From Nitrosopumilaceae archaeon (GTDB lineage: Archaea; Thermoproteota; Nitrososphaeria; Nitrososphaerales; Nitrosopumilaceae): a DNA stretch of 64,000 nt. Under the pieces are notes generated by a model. That model was not told the DNA's origin. It saw nothing but the letters and a program-made list of their open reading frames with translations, and did not search any database. The position numbers and the translations under genes are program-made. Below are positions 50,546 through 60,495 of this stretch, piece after piece (position 1 is the first letter of the stretch; every line of letters starts with the position of its first letter). The DNA lies in contig OZ242365.1 of assembly GCA_965208905.1 (NCBI GenBank), positions 1,920,001-1,984,000 of the forward strand. The letters run 5' to 3'.

Positions 50546-50779
50546 CTAGTTGTGTACACCAGATAGATACCAGTCAAAATATGGCAATAATTTCTTGCAT
50601 AGTTTTTGACGCTCGTCAGACTCGGCAGAACGGGTGGCAGTTATCTTTGTGTCAAGATACGTACGGGTGCTAGTTGTGCGCAGGCTCTGCTGTATACGAG
50701 ATAGTACGTTTAAAAATTCATCTGTATCAGTAGAGTCAAAGTTTCTGCGAACTCGCTCAGCATCTTCAGCTAATGTCAT
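50546..50779 (-). CDS. small hypothetical protein
   Basis: 77-aa ORF ending CKKLLPYFDWYL with a TATA-like upstream region. Confidence 0.7.
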   Translation of the reverse strand: MTLAEDAERVRRNFDSTDTDEFLNVLSRIQQSLRTTSTRTYLDTKITATRSAESDERQKLCKKLLPYFDWYLSGVHN

Positions 50780-50834
50780 GTTGATATTTTACAGTACGTA
50801 TTTTTAATTCTAGTGATGTTGTGTGTAATAGATA

Positions 50835-51944
50835 TAGTTAGGTGCATAAATAACCCGACACCAGTTTTACACCGGTAGGATTTTGTCTAAATTTCTGAAC
50901 AGAATGCTGCGCGGATCAAACTTTATTTCCAGCGACTCGTATATCCGCATGATTTTCCTCCGGAAATATCTCTTGGCAGGTCGCTTGAAAGTCCGCCGTA
51001 TCCTTGCCTTGCCGTTGAGCCACAGCCATTCGGCCGGATTCAGAAATGGTGAGTACGGCGGCAGAAATATTAGTTTGATGAAATCACTATTCTTTTTCAA
51101 GTATCGCTTTACGCGGCTAGAGTTGTGATATGCAGCATTATCCAGTATTACGGCAACCTTGCCGAACCGTTTTTTCGTCTTGTTCAAATATCTGATAAAG
51201 GACCTGTCGTTGGCCTTGCTAGCGGCCATATAGCATGTCTGCCCATCTAGCGTGATGCCACCGTATATGGTCTGGCGCTGGTTGCCGAGTGGCGTTTGTA
51301 CCGGTATGGCATCACCGCGTGTATAGACTGCGCCGCTGCCAAACATACTTAAATTTTGGTGGCTTTCGTCTACCATCACGAGTGTAAAACCGTCCTTTTC
51401 AAACATTTCTGCCTCCTTTTTGGTGTCTTTCTGCCAGATTTCGAGATCTTTCCTTGGTGGAATTCGGTCGGATATCCGGGGAGTCTTCCGTATAGTGAAG
51501 CCAAGAGACCTAAGGATACGGCGCGCTTGTGATTCGCTGTATTTTATGCCGGTCTTTTTCTCAGCCAGTTTAACAAATCCGTAGGCGGTAAATCGCTTGA
51601 CACCGTTAATTATGTTCTCTAATGTGTGGCGCGGTACGAAAGATGGACGGCCAGGCCTCGCACCATCGGCGAGGCCATCCAGGCCTTTGTGGTCGTAGGC
51701 ATTAAGCCAATCATATATGGTGCTACGATCGACACCAAGCACATCCGCTGCCGCAGAGATGGTATATCCTTTAATGCGCACCATGTTTACGGCTACGATA
51801 CGGGCGTGCTGTGTCGCACTCTTAGTCTGTTTTAGGGCAGCCTTTATTTTTTGGGCATTAGTTTGGTTATTCATATAATTAGTTAGTAATTTTGATCATT
51901 TATGTATTTCTAATAGAGTGTAGGATTATTTATGCTCCCAACTA
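50835..51944 (-). mobile_element. IS630 family element, intact copy 3 (1110 bp)
   Basis: 19-bp imperfect TIRs with TA duplication at 50833-34 and 51945-46. Confidence 0.96.
50867..51874 (-). CDS. IS630 family transposase
   Basis: N-terminal HTH and DDE triad VDES / LDNAAYH / LNPAE. Confidence 0.96.
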   Translation of the reverse strand: MNNQTNAQKIKAALKQTKSATQHARIVAVNMVRIKGYTISAAADVLGVDRSTIYDWLNAYDHKGLDGLADGARPGRPSFVPRHTLENIINGVKRFTAYGFVKLAEKKTGIKYSESQARRILRSLGFTIRKTPRISDRIPPRKDLEIWQKDTKKEAEMFEKDGFTLVMVDESHQNLSMFGSGAVYTRGDAIPVQTPLGNQRQTIYGGITLDGQTCYMAASKANDRSFIRYLNKTKKRFGKVAVILDNAAYHNSSRVKRYLKKNSDFIKLIFLPPYSPFLNPAEWLWLNGKARIRRTFKRPAKRYFRRKIMRIYESLEIKFDPRSILFRNLDKILPV

Positions 51945-51997
51945 TACACCCACCAGCAGAAAAACATCTATTAAACAATCATCTCTTTGTGTATGGA

Positions 51998-52606
51998 GTG
52001 GACAGAGAGATAGAGAGGGTATTACAGAGTCTTGATGAGACATCTCGTCTTGAGAACTCTCGCGCAGTAACCGTACCGGCAGGAGAGCTGATGTCTGCCA
52101 TAACATGGGATACTGGAGTGTTCTTTAACATATTGTTAAGAGGCATGAGGGCAAAGAACGTCTTGGAGATAGGAACATCAACTGGCTTCTCCACCATATG
52201 GCTAGCAGAGGCCATACATGATGGTAGTGTTATAACCATCGAGGCCAACTCAAAGAAGAGGAGTCGAGCCCAGGCAAACTTCAAGAAGGCAGGACTTGAA
52301 GGGCGTATAAAGATACAGTCAGGTGATGCGCAGGATGTATTAAACAGCATGTCATCGTCTGGCGAGTATAATCTCTTCTTTGACTTTGTACTGATAGATG
52401 CGGATAAAGAGAACATACCCCTCTACTTTGATATGGTACTGCCTATGATCAGGGTTGGTGGCATAATTGCCACTGACAATATGACGTACCCAAAAAAGTT
52501 TACTCACATGATGGAGAGATTCGCAAAGTCTGTGCGCCAAAACCCCAGAGTTAGAACTGTAACCATACCGATAGGAAACGGGGAAGAGTTGACCATTAAG
52601 ATATAG
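51998..52606 (+). CDS. class I SAM-dependent O-methyltransferase (YrrM/COMT-like)
   Basis: LEIGTSTGFS, FDFVLIDADK and ATDN motifs. Likely GTG start at 51998. Confidence 0.9.
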   Translation: MDREIERVLQSLDETSRLENSRAVTVPAGELMSAITWDTGVFFNILLRGMRAKNVLEIGTSTGFSTIWLAEAIHDGSVITIEANSKKRSRAQANFKKAGLEGRIKIQSGDAQDVLNSMSSSGEYNLFFDFVLIDADKENIPLYFDMVLPMIRVGGIIATDNMTYPKKFTHMMERFAKSVRQNPRVRTVTIPIGNGEELTIKI

Positions 52607-52620
52607 TCATACAAAAGATA

Positions 52621-52765
52621 TGGAATTATATACAAAAGTACACAGCCTCGGCTGTACACTCATGCCTTTTCTGACGGCTTTTTTGTATACAGTGGAGCAT
52701 AGAAGGTGTTGGCTTGTAGCCCTCCTTATGCCCCGGCCGTCTTAGGACGACGTTCCCCGCCGCCC
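52621..52765 (-). ncRNA. putative omegaRNA scaffold overlapping the tnpB 3' end (element C)
   Basis: Minus-strand stems: GACGGC/GCCGTC enclosing GGGCATAAGGAGG/CCTTCTATGCTC and GGCT/AGCC, then hairpin GTGTACAGCC-GA-GGCTGTGTAC running into the TIR. Confidence 0.55.
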
Positions 52766-53362
52766 TATACAGAATATTCCAGGCGGCATTAACATCCGCG
52801 TGGAATACCCTGGTACAATTTGTGCAAATGAATTTGTCGCGTGATATACGCGACTCTGAATCTACGTGACCACACACATGGCACGTCTGGCTCGTATATT
52901 TGGCCGATGCCCCCAACAGCGGCATGTTGTGCATCTCACACCACTGCGCAAGCTTGCGCAGGAACTCCCCAACATGGTTCTCCCGCATTGAACGGTTCAT
53001 AGCGCGTTTGTAATTCCCACCATGTGTGGTCATATCCTTTACGGAGAGCGACTCGACCACGACTGCGTCCACGCCATTAGTTATCTGCGCAATCGTCTGA
53101 TTTATGGTGTTCGCAGCTATGTTGTTGGCCTTCCTGTATAGCCGCTTAATCTGATCATTCAATATATGCCACTTCCGGCCATGCCGTGTCTTGCGGTCGC
53201 GCAAACTCTTTAGCGCGTCAATCTCCCGCAGGATTGCTCTATGGCGGGTGTTGTGTATTGTAACGTTGCCGTCCGTATCTACCGTGACGGCGAGATGCTT
53301 GCCGCCCACATCAACGCCACGCATTACACCCGTAGTATGGTGCGACTCTACCGGTTCATGTA

Positions 53363-54472
53363 TAGTTAGGTGCATAAATAACCCGACACCAGTTTTACAC
53401 CGGTAGGATTTTGTCTAAATTTCTGAACAGAATGCTGCGCGGATCAAACTTTATTTCCAGCGACTCGTATATCCGCATGATTTTCCTCCGGAAATATCTC
53501 TTGGCAGGTCGCTTGAAAGTCCGCCGTATCCTTGCCTTGCCGTTGAGCCACAGCCATTCGGCCGGATTCAGAAATGGTGAGTACGGCGGCAGAAATATTA
53601 GTTTGATGAAATCACTATTCTTTTTCAAGTATCGCTTTACGCGGCTAGAGTTGTGATATGCAGCATTATCCAGTATTACGGCAACCTTGCCGAACCGTTT
53701 TTTCGTCTTGTTCAAATATCTGATAAAGGACCTGTCGTTGGCCTTGCTAGCGGCCATATAGCATGTCTGCCCATCTAGCGTGATGCCACCGTATATGGTC
53801 TGGCGCTGGTTGCCGAGTGGCGTTTGTACCGGTATGGCATCACCGCGTGTATAGACTGCGCCGCTGCCAAACATACTTAAATTTTGGTGGCTTTCGTCTA
53901 CCATCACGAGTGTAAAACCGTCCTTTTCAAACATTTCTGCCTCCTTTTTGGTGTCTTTCTGCCAGATTTCGAGATCTTTCCTTGGTGGAATTCGGTCGGA
54001 TATCCGGGGAGTCTTCCGTATAGTGAAGCCAAGAGACCTAAGGATACGGCGCGCTTGTGATTCGCTGTATTTTATGCCGGTCTTTTTCTCAGCCAGTTTA
54101 ACAAATCCGTAGGCGGTAAATCGCTTGACACCGTTAATTATGTTCTCTAATGTGTGGCGCGGTACGAAAGATGGACGGCCAGGCCTCGCACCATCGGCGA
54201 GGCCATCCAGGCCTTTGTGGTCGTAGGCATTAAGCCAATCATATATGGTGCTACGATCGACACCAAGCACATCCGCTGCCGCAGAGATGGTATATCCTTT
54301 AATGCGCACCATGTTTACGGCTACGATACGGGCGTGCTGTGTCGCACTCTTAGTCTGTTTTAGGGCAGCCTTTATTTTTTGGGCATTAGTTTGGTTATTC
54401 ATATAATTAGTTAGTAATTTTGATCATTTATGTATTTCTAATAGAGTGTAGGATTATTTATGCTCCCAACTA
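53363..54472 (-). mobile_element. IS630 family element, intact copy 4 (1110 bp), inserted in tnpB
   Basis: Same TIRs, TA duplication at 53361-62 and 54473-74. Protein identical to copy 3. Confidence 0.96.
53395..54402 (-). CDS. IS630 family transposase
   Basis: Same 335-aa translation as 50867-51874. Confidence 0.96.
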   Translation of the reverse strand: MNNQTNAQKIKAALKQTKSATQHARIVAVNMVRIKGYTISAAADVLGVDRSTIYDWLNAYDHKGLDGLADGARPGRPSFVPRHTLENIINGVKRFTAYGFVKLAEKKTGIKYSESQARRILRSLGFTIRKTPRISDRIPPRKDLEIWQKDTKKEAEMFEKDGFTLVMVDESHQNLSMFGSGAVYTRGDAIPVQTPLGNQRQTIYGGITLDGQTCYMAASKANDRSFIRYLNKTKKRFGKVAVILDNAAYHNSSRVKRYLKKNSDFIKLIFLPPYSPFLNPAEWLWLNGKARIRRTFKRPAKRYFRRKIMRIYESLEIKFDPRSILFRNLDKILPV

Positions 54473-55112
54473 TATGGCAATATGCAGCTCAAACATGTGG
54501 TCTGATGGTTTGGTATGCTTGTCCACCCGTTTGGTGACATCAACTATCTTGAATGAGCGCATGTCCCATGATGTATTGATGGGCTTGGCGGTCTCCACCG
54601 TACCATATCCGGGGATATGTACTGTATGGCTATCTTTCCGTACAGGCGGTGTAACGGAACTAAGTATGATGCGGCCGTCTTTGCGGCGGTATGGCGCATG
54701 GCCGGAGTTGTCATCCATGACTCTCCTACACGCGACGGAGGCATCCTGTATGGCGCCCCTGCCAAACACCATAGGCAAGTCAGATACCCATGCATGTTCA
54801 GCGCGCCACTCCGTAAGCTACTTGAACATGCCGTACTTTAATGCCATCTTTGACGGCCCAAAATCATATGTATGGTAGTCATCGTCCAGCATACCTGATG
54901 TAAAATCCAGCTTGCCCGGCAGTTTGAAGGGCTGCAGGATGTCCACTACCACCCTCTCCATATATTCGCCACCAAACAAATACTCTGATACGGCGCGGTT
55001 GTACACATATCTTGACGCATGATTCGTGCGGTGCACCCACTCCGCGAACCGCACATCCCTCCGTAGCGGCACCTTAACTATTTGTATCATGATATATAAT
55101 ACGGTATACTGG

Positions 55113-55120
55113 TATTTAAG
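55113..55120 (-). promoter_or_regulatory. TATA box of the second tnpB
   Basis: CTTAAATA lies 23-30 nt upstream of ATG 55090. Confidence 0.6.
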
Positions 55121-55263
55121 GGGAGTTGTATGGACGCGATCCGTGGTTCAGGCATTAACTCTCAGAATCGGGGTTGTGTACTTTTGTATATAATTCCCAA
55201 AAGATACTACAAAACGCAGGTGGATTAAGCTTTTAGGATGTAATTTGTACAATATGTAACATA

Positions 55264-55638
55264 ATGGTCACCCGAACAGAGTACCTTCAAAGCATGCTCG
55301 AAAAGATACAGGGATCGTACAATGTCATAAATGGGCTAAGCGACAAACCTGGTGACATCACCATCATCCGACTAGAGTTACTCCGGGCAAAGGGCATAAT
55401 GCAGGTGGTAGTCAACAAGATAAATCCACGAGATTATCCAAATGTCGATATTCCAGGCCTTGTATCACGATTGTCCATATTTTTGGATGGCTATTACTTT
55501 GAGAGGGAGTTAGATATAATGGAGCCATTATACGGCGATGATCCTGGAAGAATTCGGCATCTACGCCTAAAAATACTAGATTCAATGCGAAGTAAAGATT
55601 TAACAGTGAAGATAGAGGAGATCCTCTCGGAGCTATAG
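55264..55638 (+). CDS. hypothetical protein
   Basis: 124-aa helical ORF. Confidence 0.75.
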   Translation: MVTRTEYLQSMLEKIQGSYNVINGLSDKPGDITIIRLELLRAKGIMQVVVNKINPRDYPNVDIPGLVSRLSIFLDGYYFERELDIMEPLYGDDPGRIRHLRLKILDSMRSKDLTVKIEEILSEL

Positions 55639-55641
55639 ATT

Positions 55642-55749
55642 ATGAAGTGTGTCATATGTGGGTGTAAAGATCATAGACTCATCGGTTGTGCTCGACATTT
55701 TGCAAAAAAGTGTAGCTGTTATGCCGACGGGAACCATACCGACAAGTAG
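55642..55749 (+). CDS. 35-aa Cys/His-rich small protein (not in ORF track)
   Basis: MKCVICGCKDHRLIGCARHFAKKCSCYADGNHTDK*, starting 3 nt after the upstream stop. Confidence 0.5.
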   Translation: MKCVICGCKDHRLIGCARHFAKKCSCYADGNHTDK

Positions 55750-56200
55750 GCGACATCCAATGCTTGGAGGTCTGGCCATACGTTTTTTGGTGTGGCAACA
55801 TAATATCATGCCGTCTTGAAGACATCACAGTGAAAGTGATCTATTAAGACACACCATCATACAACAGTAATTCTAGCTCGACCTCCAGCGTTTATTTACA
55901 GCATCATAAACTACAGCATATTCAGATGATTCTCTTGTGGTAATCTCTTTTTTTGTACATCTTGGTCCACTTAGAAGGGTTAGGGTCCTCAAATGAGCTA
56001 TGTTTGCCATCTAGAAATTTTTCTCTCCGTCCATACACTGTTTGTGGGACCAAGATGTGCTCACAATACATCTTGACCATACTAGGTTGAAGGTTGAGTT
56101 GTACTATATGGACTGTTCCATACGTACCATGTGATTTTTTGTTTATTATATTGTGTATTGATGTTCGGTCTTATTTTAGTACAACCTACTCTACCAACTC

Positions 56201-56359
56201 TCACAAGTCTCGCCGACCAGGTCCAGACCGTATATGAAAGTTAAAACAGCAAGGACACTCTTTGCGTATACATTCTTCGGCATCACGATGACCACAAATT
56301 CCACATTGACAACTTTGCATGGATTTACTCTTCATTCCAGAACTTTTAATCGCTACCAT
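56201..56359 (-). CDS. 52-aa Cys-rich small protein (not in ORF track)
   Basis: MVAIKSSGMKSKSMQSCQCGICGHRDAEECIRKECPCCFNFHIRSGPGRRDL*, with a TTTAAA box ~25-30 nt upstream. Confidence 0.6.
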   Translation of the reverse strand: MVAIKSSGMKSKSMQSCQCGICGHRDAEECIRKECPCCFNFHIRSGPGRRDL

Positions 56360-56447
56360 ATATTTAATATGCAAACAAGTGATTTAAACTTCACCTATTT
56401 AATGTGTAAATGACACTATTATAATAGCGTGGTTTTGTGCCGTATGC

Positions 56448-56759
56448 CTAACGCTTCCGTCTACGTTTACGGGTCACCTGTTTATTCATCTCAGCTTTTC
56501 GGTTATCAACGGTGGTGATTATCTCTTGAATCACGCCATCCAAATCGTTGTCAGAAGCAGGAGGCTCGATTGCGGCCGCAATATTGGATATGGTACCTGC
56601 AATATCGGAGCTGATCTGCTCAAATGCTTCAGGATCATCGTATGCCTGACTATACAGGTTTTTGAGTCTGTCAACTTGACTCAAAACTTGGCCTGTCAGC
56701 GTAAATTTGTAAAGGCTACCATTCACTTCTACTTCTTTTACTATCATAATGATATTCAT
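56448..56759 (-). CDS. hypothetical protein
   Basis: 103-aa ORF with a basic C-terminus. Confidence 0.7.
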   Translation of the reverse strand: MNIIMIVKEVEVNGSLYKFTLTGQVLSQVDRLKNLYSQAYDDPEAFEQISSDIAGTISNIAAAIEPPASDNDLDGVIQEIITTVDNRKAEMNKQVTRKRRRKR

Positions 56760-56859
56760 TTAGTGTATGCAATATAGGTTTTAAGATGATGCAGATGGCG
56801 TAACTCCTCGACTGGCCAGTATATGTCTATTTCATAGGGTTGACCCATTACGACACCAT

Positions 56860-57468
56860 CTAGAACACTATATAATCAAGCGCTACAGCATCGCTAATCA
56901 GCGATGTATGTCTACTTCCAACAACATATCCGTTCTTGATATCACTGGTTGGAACCCAGCGATTGGTAGATGTATAGTGGCGCTTCTCTGCCAACTCTCG
57001 TTCTATGGCCTCTATATCAAACTCACCTTCTTCCACCTCTTGAGTGGAGAGGTGTTTTATGGTGACTAGTATCTTTGTTATCTTTATACGGTCACCAAAC
57101 CTCCATTGTACTGGTGGGTGTTCATCAGATACATCCAAAACCTTGATCTTCATCTGTTTGTTACCCAAGGCATCCATGCTCACCAGTAATCGTTCATCCA
57201 CAAACTCCTCAAATTTGGTGCGGCGCTGTGAGGGCTCGGATTCAGAGACTGTAGACAGTATACTCTTGACACCACTACTGATATTGTCCTCTTGTATCAC
57301 TTTTGGTGACTCCTCGGTTGGCTCGTCGTACTCGGTTGGCTCTTCATCCTCTACTGGTTCAGAATCCTCGGGTATGTCATTATCATCGAGTTCAGGCTCT
57401 TCATCCTGTGGTATGTCGTCGGGCATGTTACTTTTATTATCTTCTGCATCCTTGCTGAATATACTCAA
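56860..57468 (-). CDS. hypothetical protein with acidic disordered N-terminus
   Basis: D/E/P-rich first ~60 aa followed by a globular domain. Confidence 0.75.
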   Translation of the reverse strand: MSIFSKDAEDNKSNMPDDIPQDEEPELDDNDIPEDSEPVEDEEPTEYDEPTEESPKVIQEDNISSGVKSILSTVSESEPSQRRTKFEEFVDERLLVSMDALGNKQMKIKVLDVSDEHPPVQWRFGDRIKITKILVTIKHLSTQEVEEGEFDIEAIERELAEKRHYTSTNRWVPTSDIKNGYVVGSRHTSLISDAVALDYIVF

Positions 57469-57499
57469 TAAGTATGCCTAATGCACATCTCTTAAAAAT

Positions 57500-57991
57500 T
57501 TAATTGAAAGCGTAGTCTTTGAGTGGCATATCAATCCTTACTTTGTTGGTCAGTGTATATGTGTGGCCATCATATAAGCACACACAGTCTTTGGGCTCAA
57601 CAGCAGGATCCCATATCTTGTAGTATTCATGTAAGGTACGAGATTGGTACTTGTCTGTTCCTATACGTTTCTTTGATAAAAATTTGAACGCTAATATCAC
57701 CTGCCGATTCTCGTACACTCCAAGAATATCACACCAATCCCGACATCGAGTTATTTGAGTTGCCGGTACCATGAGGCTAGTATTTGCACCAGACTTGGCC
57801 TCAATAACAAGAACAGAGCGTTGATCATTGTTTACTGCCAATACATCAGGCAATGCAACGCTAGGGGAGCCCAGTCTAAATGCACGCCATCCATCCATAC
57901 AGTTGAATCGCTTTACCAGTAAGTCTTCCCAATTGTAGCCACGTCGCCGCCGCAATCTGGCGCTCTTGACTTTTTGCTCAGAAGACATCAT
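57500..57991 (-). CDS. Holliday junction resolvase-like (Hjc family) nuclease
   Basis: RRGYNWE...LPDVLAV...IEAKS PD-(D/E)xK motif. Confidence 0.85.
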   Translation of the reverse strand: MMSSEQKVKSARLRRRRGYNWEDLLVKRFNCMDGWRAFRLGSPSVALPDVLAVNNDQRSVLVIEAKSGANTSLMVPATQITRCRDWCDILGVYENRQVILAFKFLSKKRIGTDKYQSRTLHEYYKIWDPAVEPKDCVCLYDGHTYTLTNKVRIDMPLKDYAFN

Positions 57992-58088
57992 ACCATATTG
58001 TATATAGTGTTAATTTATCAATATTTGTGTAGTAATGTTGCATTTGTGATTAATATCCATACTATTGCAAGTGTTGCATGTATTATGT

Positions 58089-58406
58089 TCAGGTTTGTTC
58101 TGGGGCAAACTCAAAGAATGGAGCATTATCACGCATGCCACATCTAGACAAGTATACAGGTGAGCCTTCGGCGCATTGTGAGAGTAGCCGTCCCATGACA
58201 TCCATATCCCCCATGCGACAGACACAAAATATCACACCGTTCTGAGAAGAGTACTCCAAGAGTGTACCGTGTTTGGTAGATGGTATCAGTCGAGTCTTTA
58301 AGAAACATTTACTGCAGAGGGAAGAGTGTGGCCACATAACAGTGTCGCAGTTGTTACAGTATGCGACACAAAATTCACCCTGTTTTAGACGCTCTTCAAA
58401 ACTCAT
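58089..58406 (-). CDS. DUF35 zinc-ribbon/OB-fold protein (thiolase partner)
   Basis: CNNC...WP...CSKC, overlapping the thiolase stop. Confidence 0.85.
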   Translation of the reverse strand: MSFEERLKQGEFCVAYCNNCDTVMWPHSSLCSKCFLKTRLIPSTKHGTLLEYSSQNGVIFCVCRMGDMDVMGRLLSQCAEGSPVYLSRCGMRDNAPFFEFAPEQT

Positions 58407-59503
58407 CTTTGCATCACCGCCACCAGAGATGATGTACCTGCTGCGGACATTCCCTGGGTAACTCCTGTATATGCGTCTGGAACTTGGCGGTCTTTGGCCT
58501 CGCCCCGCAGTTGTCTAAATATCTCCACCATCTGTGATATTCCCGTGGCGCCCAATGGATGGCCCGAGCCCAAGATGCCACCACGGGGATTTACTTTGCG
58601 ACTCTCTGTAACGTACAGGTCATGTGCGTATGCAGCGCCCTGTCCATACTCGACCATTTGAAGTGACTCTGTTGCCATAATCTCACATATAGAGAATGCG
58701 TCGTGTACTTCCACCACATCTATCATGTCAGGTGTGATATCAGCCATTTTGTAGGCATCACGAGCAGCCCTCCCGGTAGACTCTATTCTGTCATATGTGG
58801 AATATCTTCCAAATGTTGCCGATAGTACACACTGAGAGATGCTCCGAATCCAGACTGCGTCATCTGTCACTGTACGACATGTGTCAGCATCAGATATCAG
58901 TATGGCAGATGCACCTGCGCATGCCCTAGAGCAGTCCAAAAGATGTAGATCAGCAGTTATCTCTTTGGACTGCATAATATCTCCGGGTGTGCACCTATAC
59001 CCATATAGGGCATCAGGGTTGTCTGCTGCAAGAGAGTGATTCTTTGCTGCAACTGTCGACACAGATTCATCAGATATATCATATCTGCGCTTGTAAGACT
59101 TTGTGAGTATCGAACCCCAGTATATGGGGCTTTGAAATTGTCCTCTGGACATATCCCATTTTAGTATGCCGCCGGGACTGTTTGGTAGTTCGGCGCCCAC
59201 CACTAGAATTGATCTGGCCAGGCCGGATTTTATGTGAGAGTATGCAGACATTATGGCGTTGCCTCCAGACCCGCACATACTCTCAACTGTATGAGATATG
59301 CGGGGTTGTATTCCACACATCTCAGAGAGAATGACTCCCAAATAGCGATGTGTATCATTTGTAGAGACCAAGATGCCATCAATGACTGTGCTATCCAAGT
59401 CAGTCAGAATGGTTCTGGCCGCATCAAATAATATATCGTGAATAGGACGAGATTCCATTGTAAATTTGATCTGTCCTGCTGCAGCTATTCCCACGTCAGT
59501 CAT
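58403..59503 (-). CDS. thiolase family protein (acetyl-CoA C-acyltransferase, archaeal type)
   Basis: ESMCGSG, EVHDAF and NPRGGILGSGHPLGATG motifs. Confidence 0.93.
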   Translation of the reverse strand: MTDVGIAAAGQIKFTMESRPIHDILFDAARTILTDLDSTVIDGILVSTNDTHRYLGVILSEMCGIQPRISHTVESMCGSGGNAIMSAYSHIKSGLARSILVVGAELPNSPGGILKWDMSRGQFQSPIYWGSILTKSYKRRYDISDESVSTVAAKNHSLAADNPDALYGYRCTPGDIMQSKEITADLHLLDCSRACAGASAILISDADTCRTVTDDAVWIRSISQCVLSATFGRYSTYDRIESTGRAARDAYKMADITPDMIDVVEVHDAFSICEIMATESLQMVEYGQGAAYAHDLYVTESRKVNPRGGILGSGHPLGATGISQMVEIFRQLRGEAKDRQVPDAYTGVTQGMSAAGTSSLVAVMQR

Positions 59504-60447
59504 TGTATAGTCGCCAACAGTTTAAACGACTCACGCACATCACCCACGGGATTAAACTGCATTATGACCTCGGTTAGCCCGGCTCGTTGCGCAGACTGTA
59601 TGGTAGATTTACATTCTCTGGGAGTTCCGCATGCCGTAAGGGCATGTAGCATATCATCTGGTACAAGTTGTGCTACGCGCTTTAGGCCACTGGTTCTGTA
59701 TTCGTTGTATATGCGATCAGTGATGTCACGATATCCGTGCTGGGCCAAGAACTCTCTGTACACATCCCCCACAGATATGTAAAAGGCCAAGGTCTGCCGG
59801 GCACGCCCGTATGCAGCCTCGGCATCATCAGAGACTGCGGTAATAATCTGATAGGCAGTCTGAATGCGACGTCTCTGTTGCATTGTATTTATTGTATGGT
59901 GCAGTTCATCCAGAGGTCTCAGATAAAAGAGTACACCATCTGCAACCTCCCAGGCTAGATTTATCATCTTTTTATTTACAGCCGCCAGATATAGTGGTAT
60001 ATGTTTGCTATACTTGTAGACTAACAGCGAAAAGCCTTCAGTGTCATATATGCTGCCGGTATGATTAATCTTCTTGCCATCCAGTGCATATCGTATAATT
60101 TGTATTGATTCACGTATTCTATGCAGTGGCGTATCGTACGACTGGCCATGTAAACCTTGGACAATCTTTGGGCTACTGACCCCCAGACCCAGGACAAATC
60201 GACCTTTTGATATAACATCCATGGTTACAGCTCCCATTGCAAGCACGGCGGGGCTGCGCGAATATACATTCAGTATGGATGAGCCAATCCGTTTACAGTT
60301 ACTAGTATGTGCTATGGCAGACATCACACTAAAACACTCCATGCCCCAAGTTTCAGGTATCCAGATTGAGTCATCTCTGCTTACGTTGGATGCGCACCAC
60401 AACAAATCATCTATAGAAAGTAGAGATCCCAGTCCGTATGATGCCAT
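59500..60447 (-). CDS. LLM-class (luciferase-like) flavin/F420-dependent oxidoreductase
   Basis: WIPETWG, GRFVLGLG and PLYLAA motifs. Confidence 0.9.
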   Translation of the reverse strand: MASYGLGSLLSIDDLLWCASNVSRDDSIWIPETWGMECFSVMSAIAHTSNCKRIGSSILNVYSRSPAVLAMGAVTMDVISKGRFVLGLGVSSPKIVQGLHGQSYDTPLHRIRESIQIIRYALDGKKINHTGSIYDTEGFSLLVYKYSKHIPLYLAAVNKKMINLAWEVADGVLFYLRPLDELHHTINTMQQRRRIQTAYQIITAVSDDAEAAYGRARQTLAFYISVGDVYREFLAQHGYRDITDRIYNEYRTSGLKRVAQLVPDDMLHALTACGTPRECKSTIQSAQRAGLTEVIMQFNPVGDVRESFKLLATIQ

Positions 60448-60495
60448 GTCATATATGACATGTACCGTTTATTCTAGTGTTGTGTTTGGATTCTG

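Larger units (their letters stand above)
52626..55090 (-). pseudogene. tnpB: tnpB disrupted by an in-frame TAG (54818-54820) and an IS630 insertion
   Basis: Removing the IS630 and one TA restores ...FELHIAI-HEPV... in frame. RuvC motifs GVDVGG, VVVESL and HADVNAAWNI, and Zn finger CHVC/CTNC. The TAA stop is inside the TIR. Confidence 0.92.
52621..55198 (-). mobile_element. TIR-bounded tnpB element (element C; ~1466 bp without the nested IS630) with IS1595/ISNwi1-like ends
   Basis: TGGAATTATATACAAAAGTACACA (52621-52644) and rc GGGAATTATATACAAAAGTACACA (55175-55198) match 23/24. Perfect 8-bp TSD AAAAGATA at 52613-52620 and 55199-55206. Confidence 0.9.

Noticed and set aside
51932-51997. N-terminal extension of the O-methyltransferase
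   Set aside because: The ATG comes from the IS630 TIR. The native start is probably GTG 51998.
54818-54820. In-frame TAG in tnpB as possible pyrrolysine readthrough
   Set aside because: TAG is an ordinary stop in many genes here, no pyl genes are seen, and the gene is also broken by IS630.
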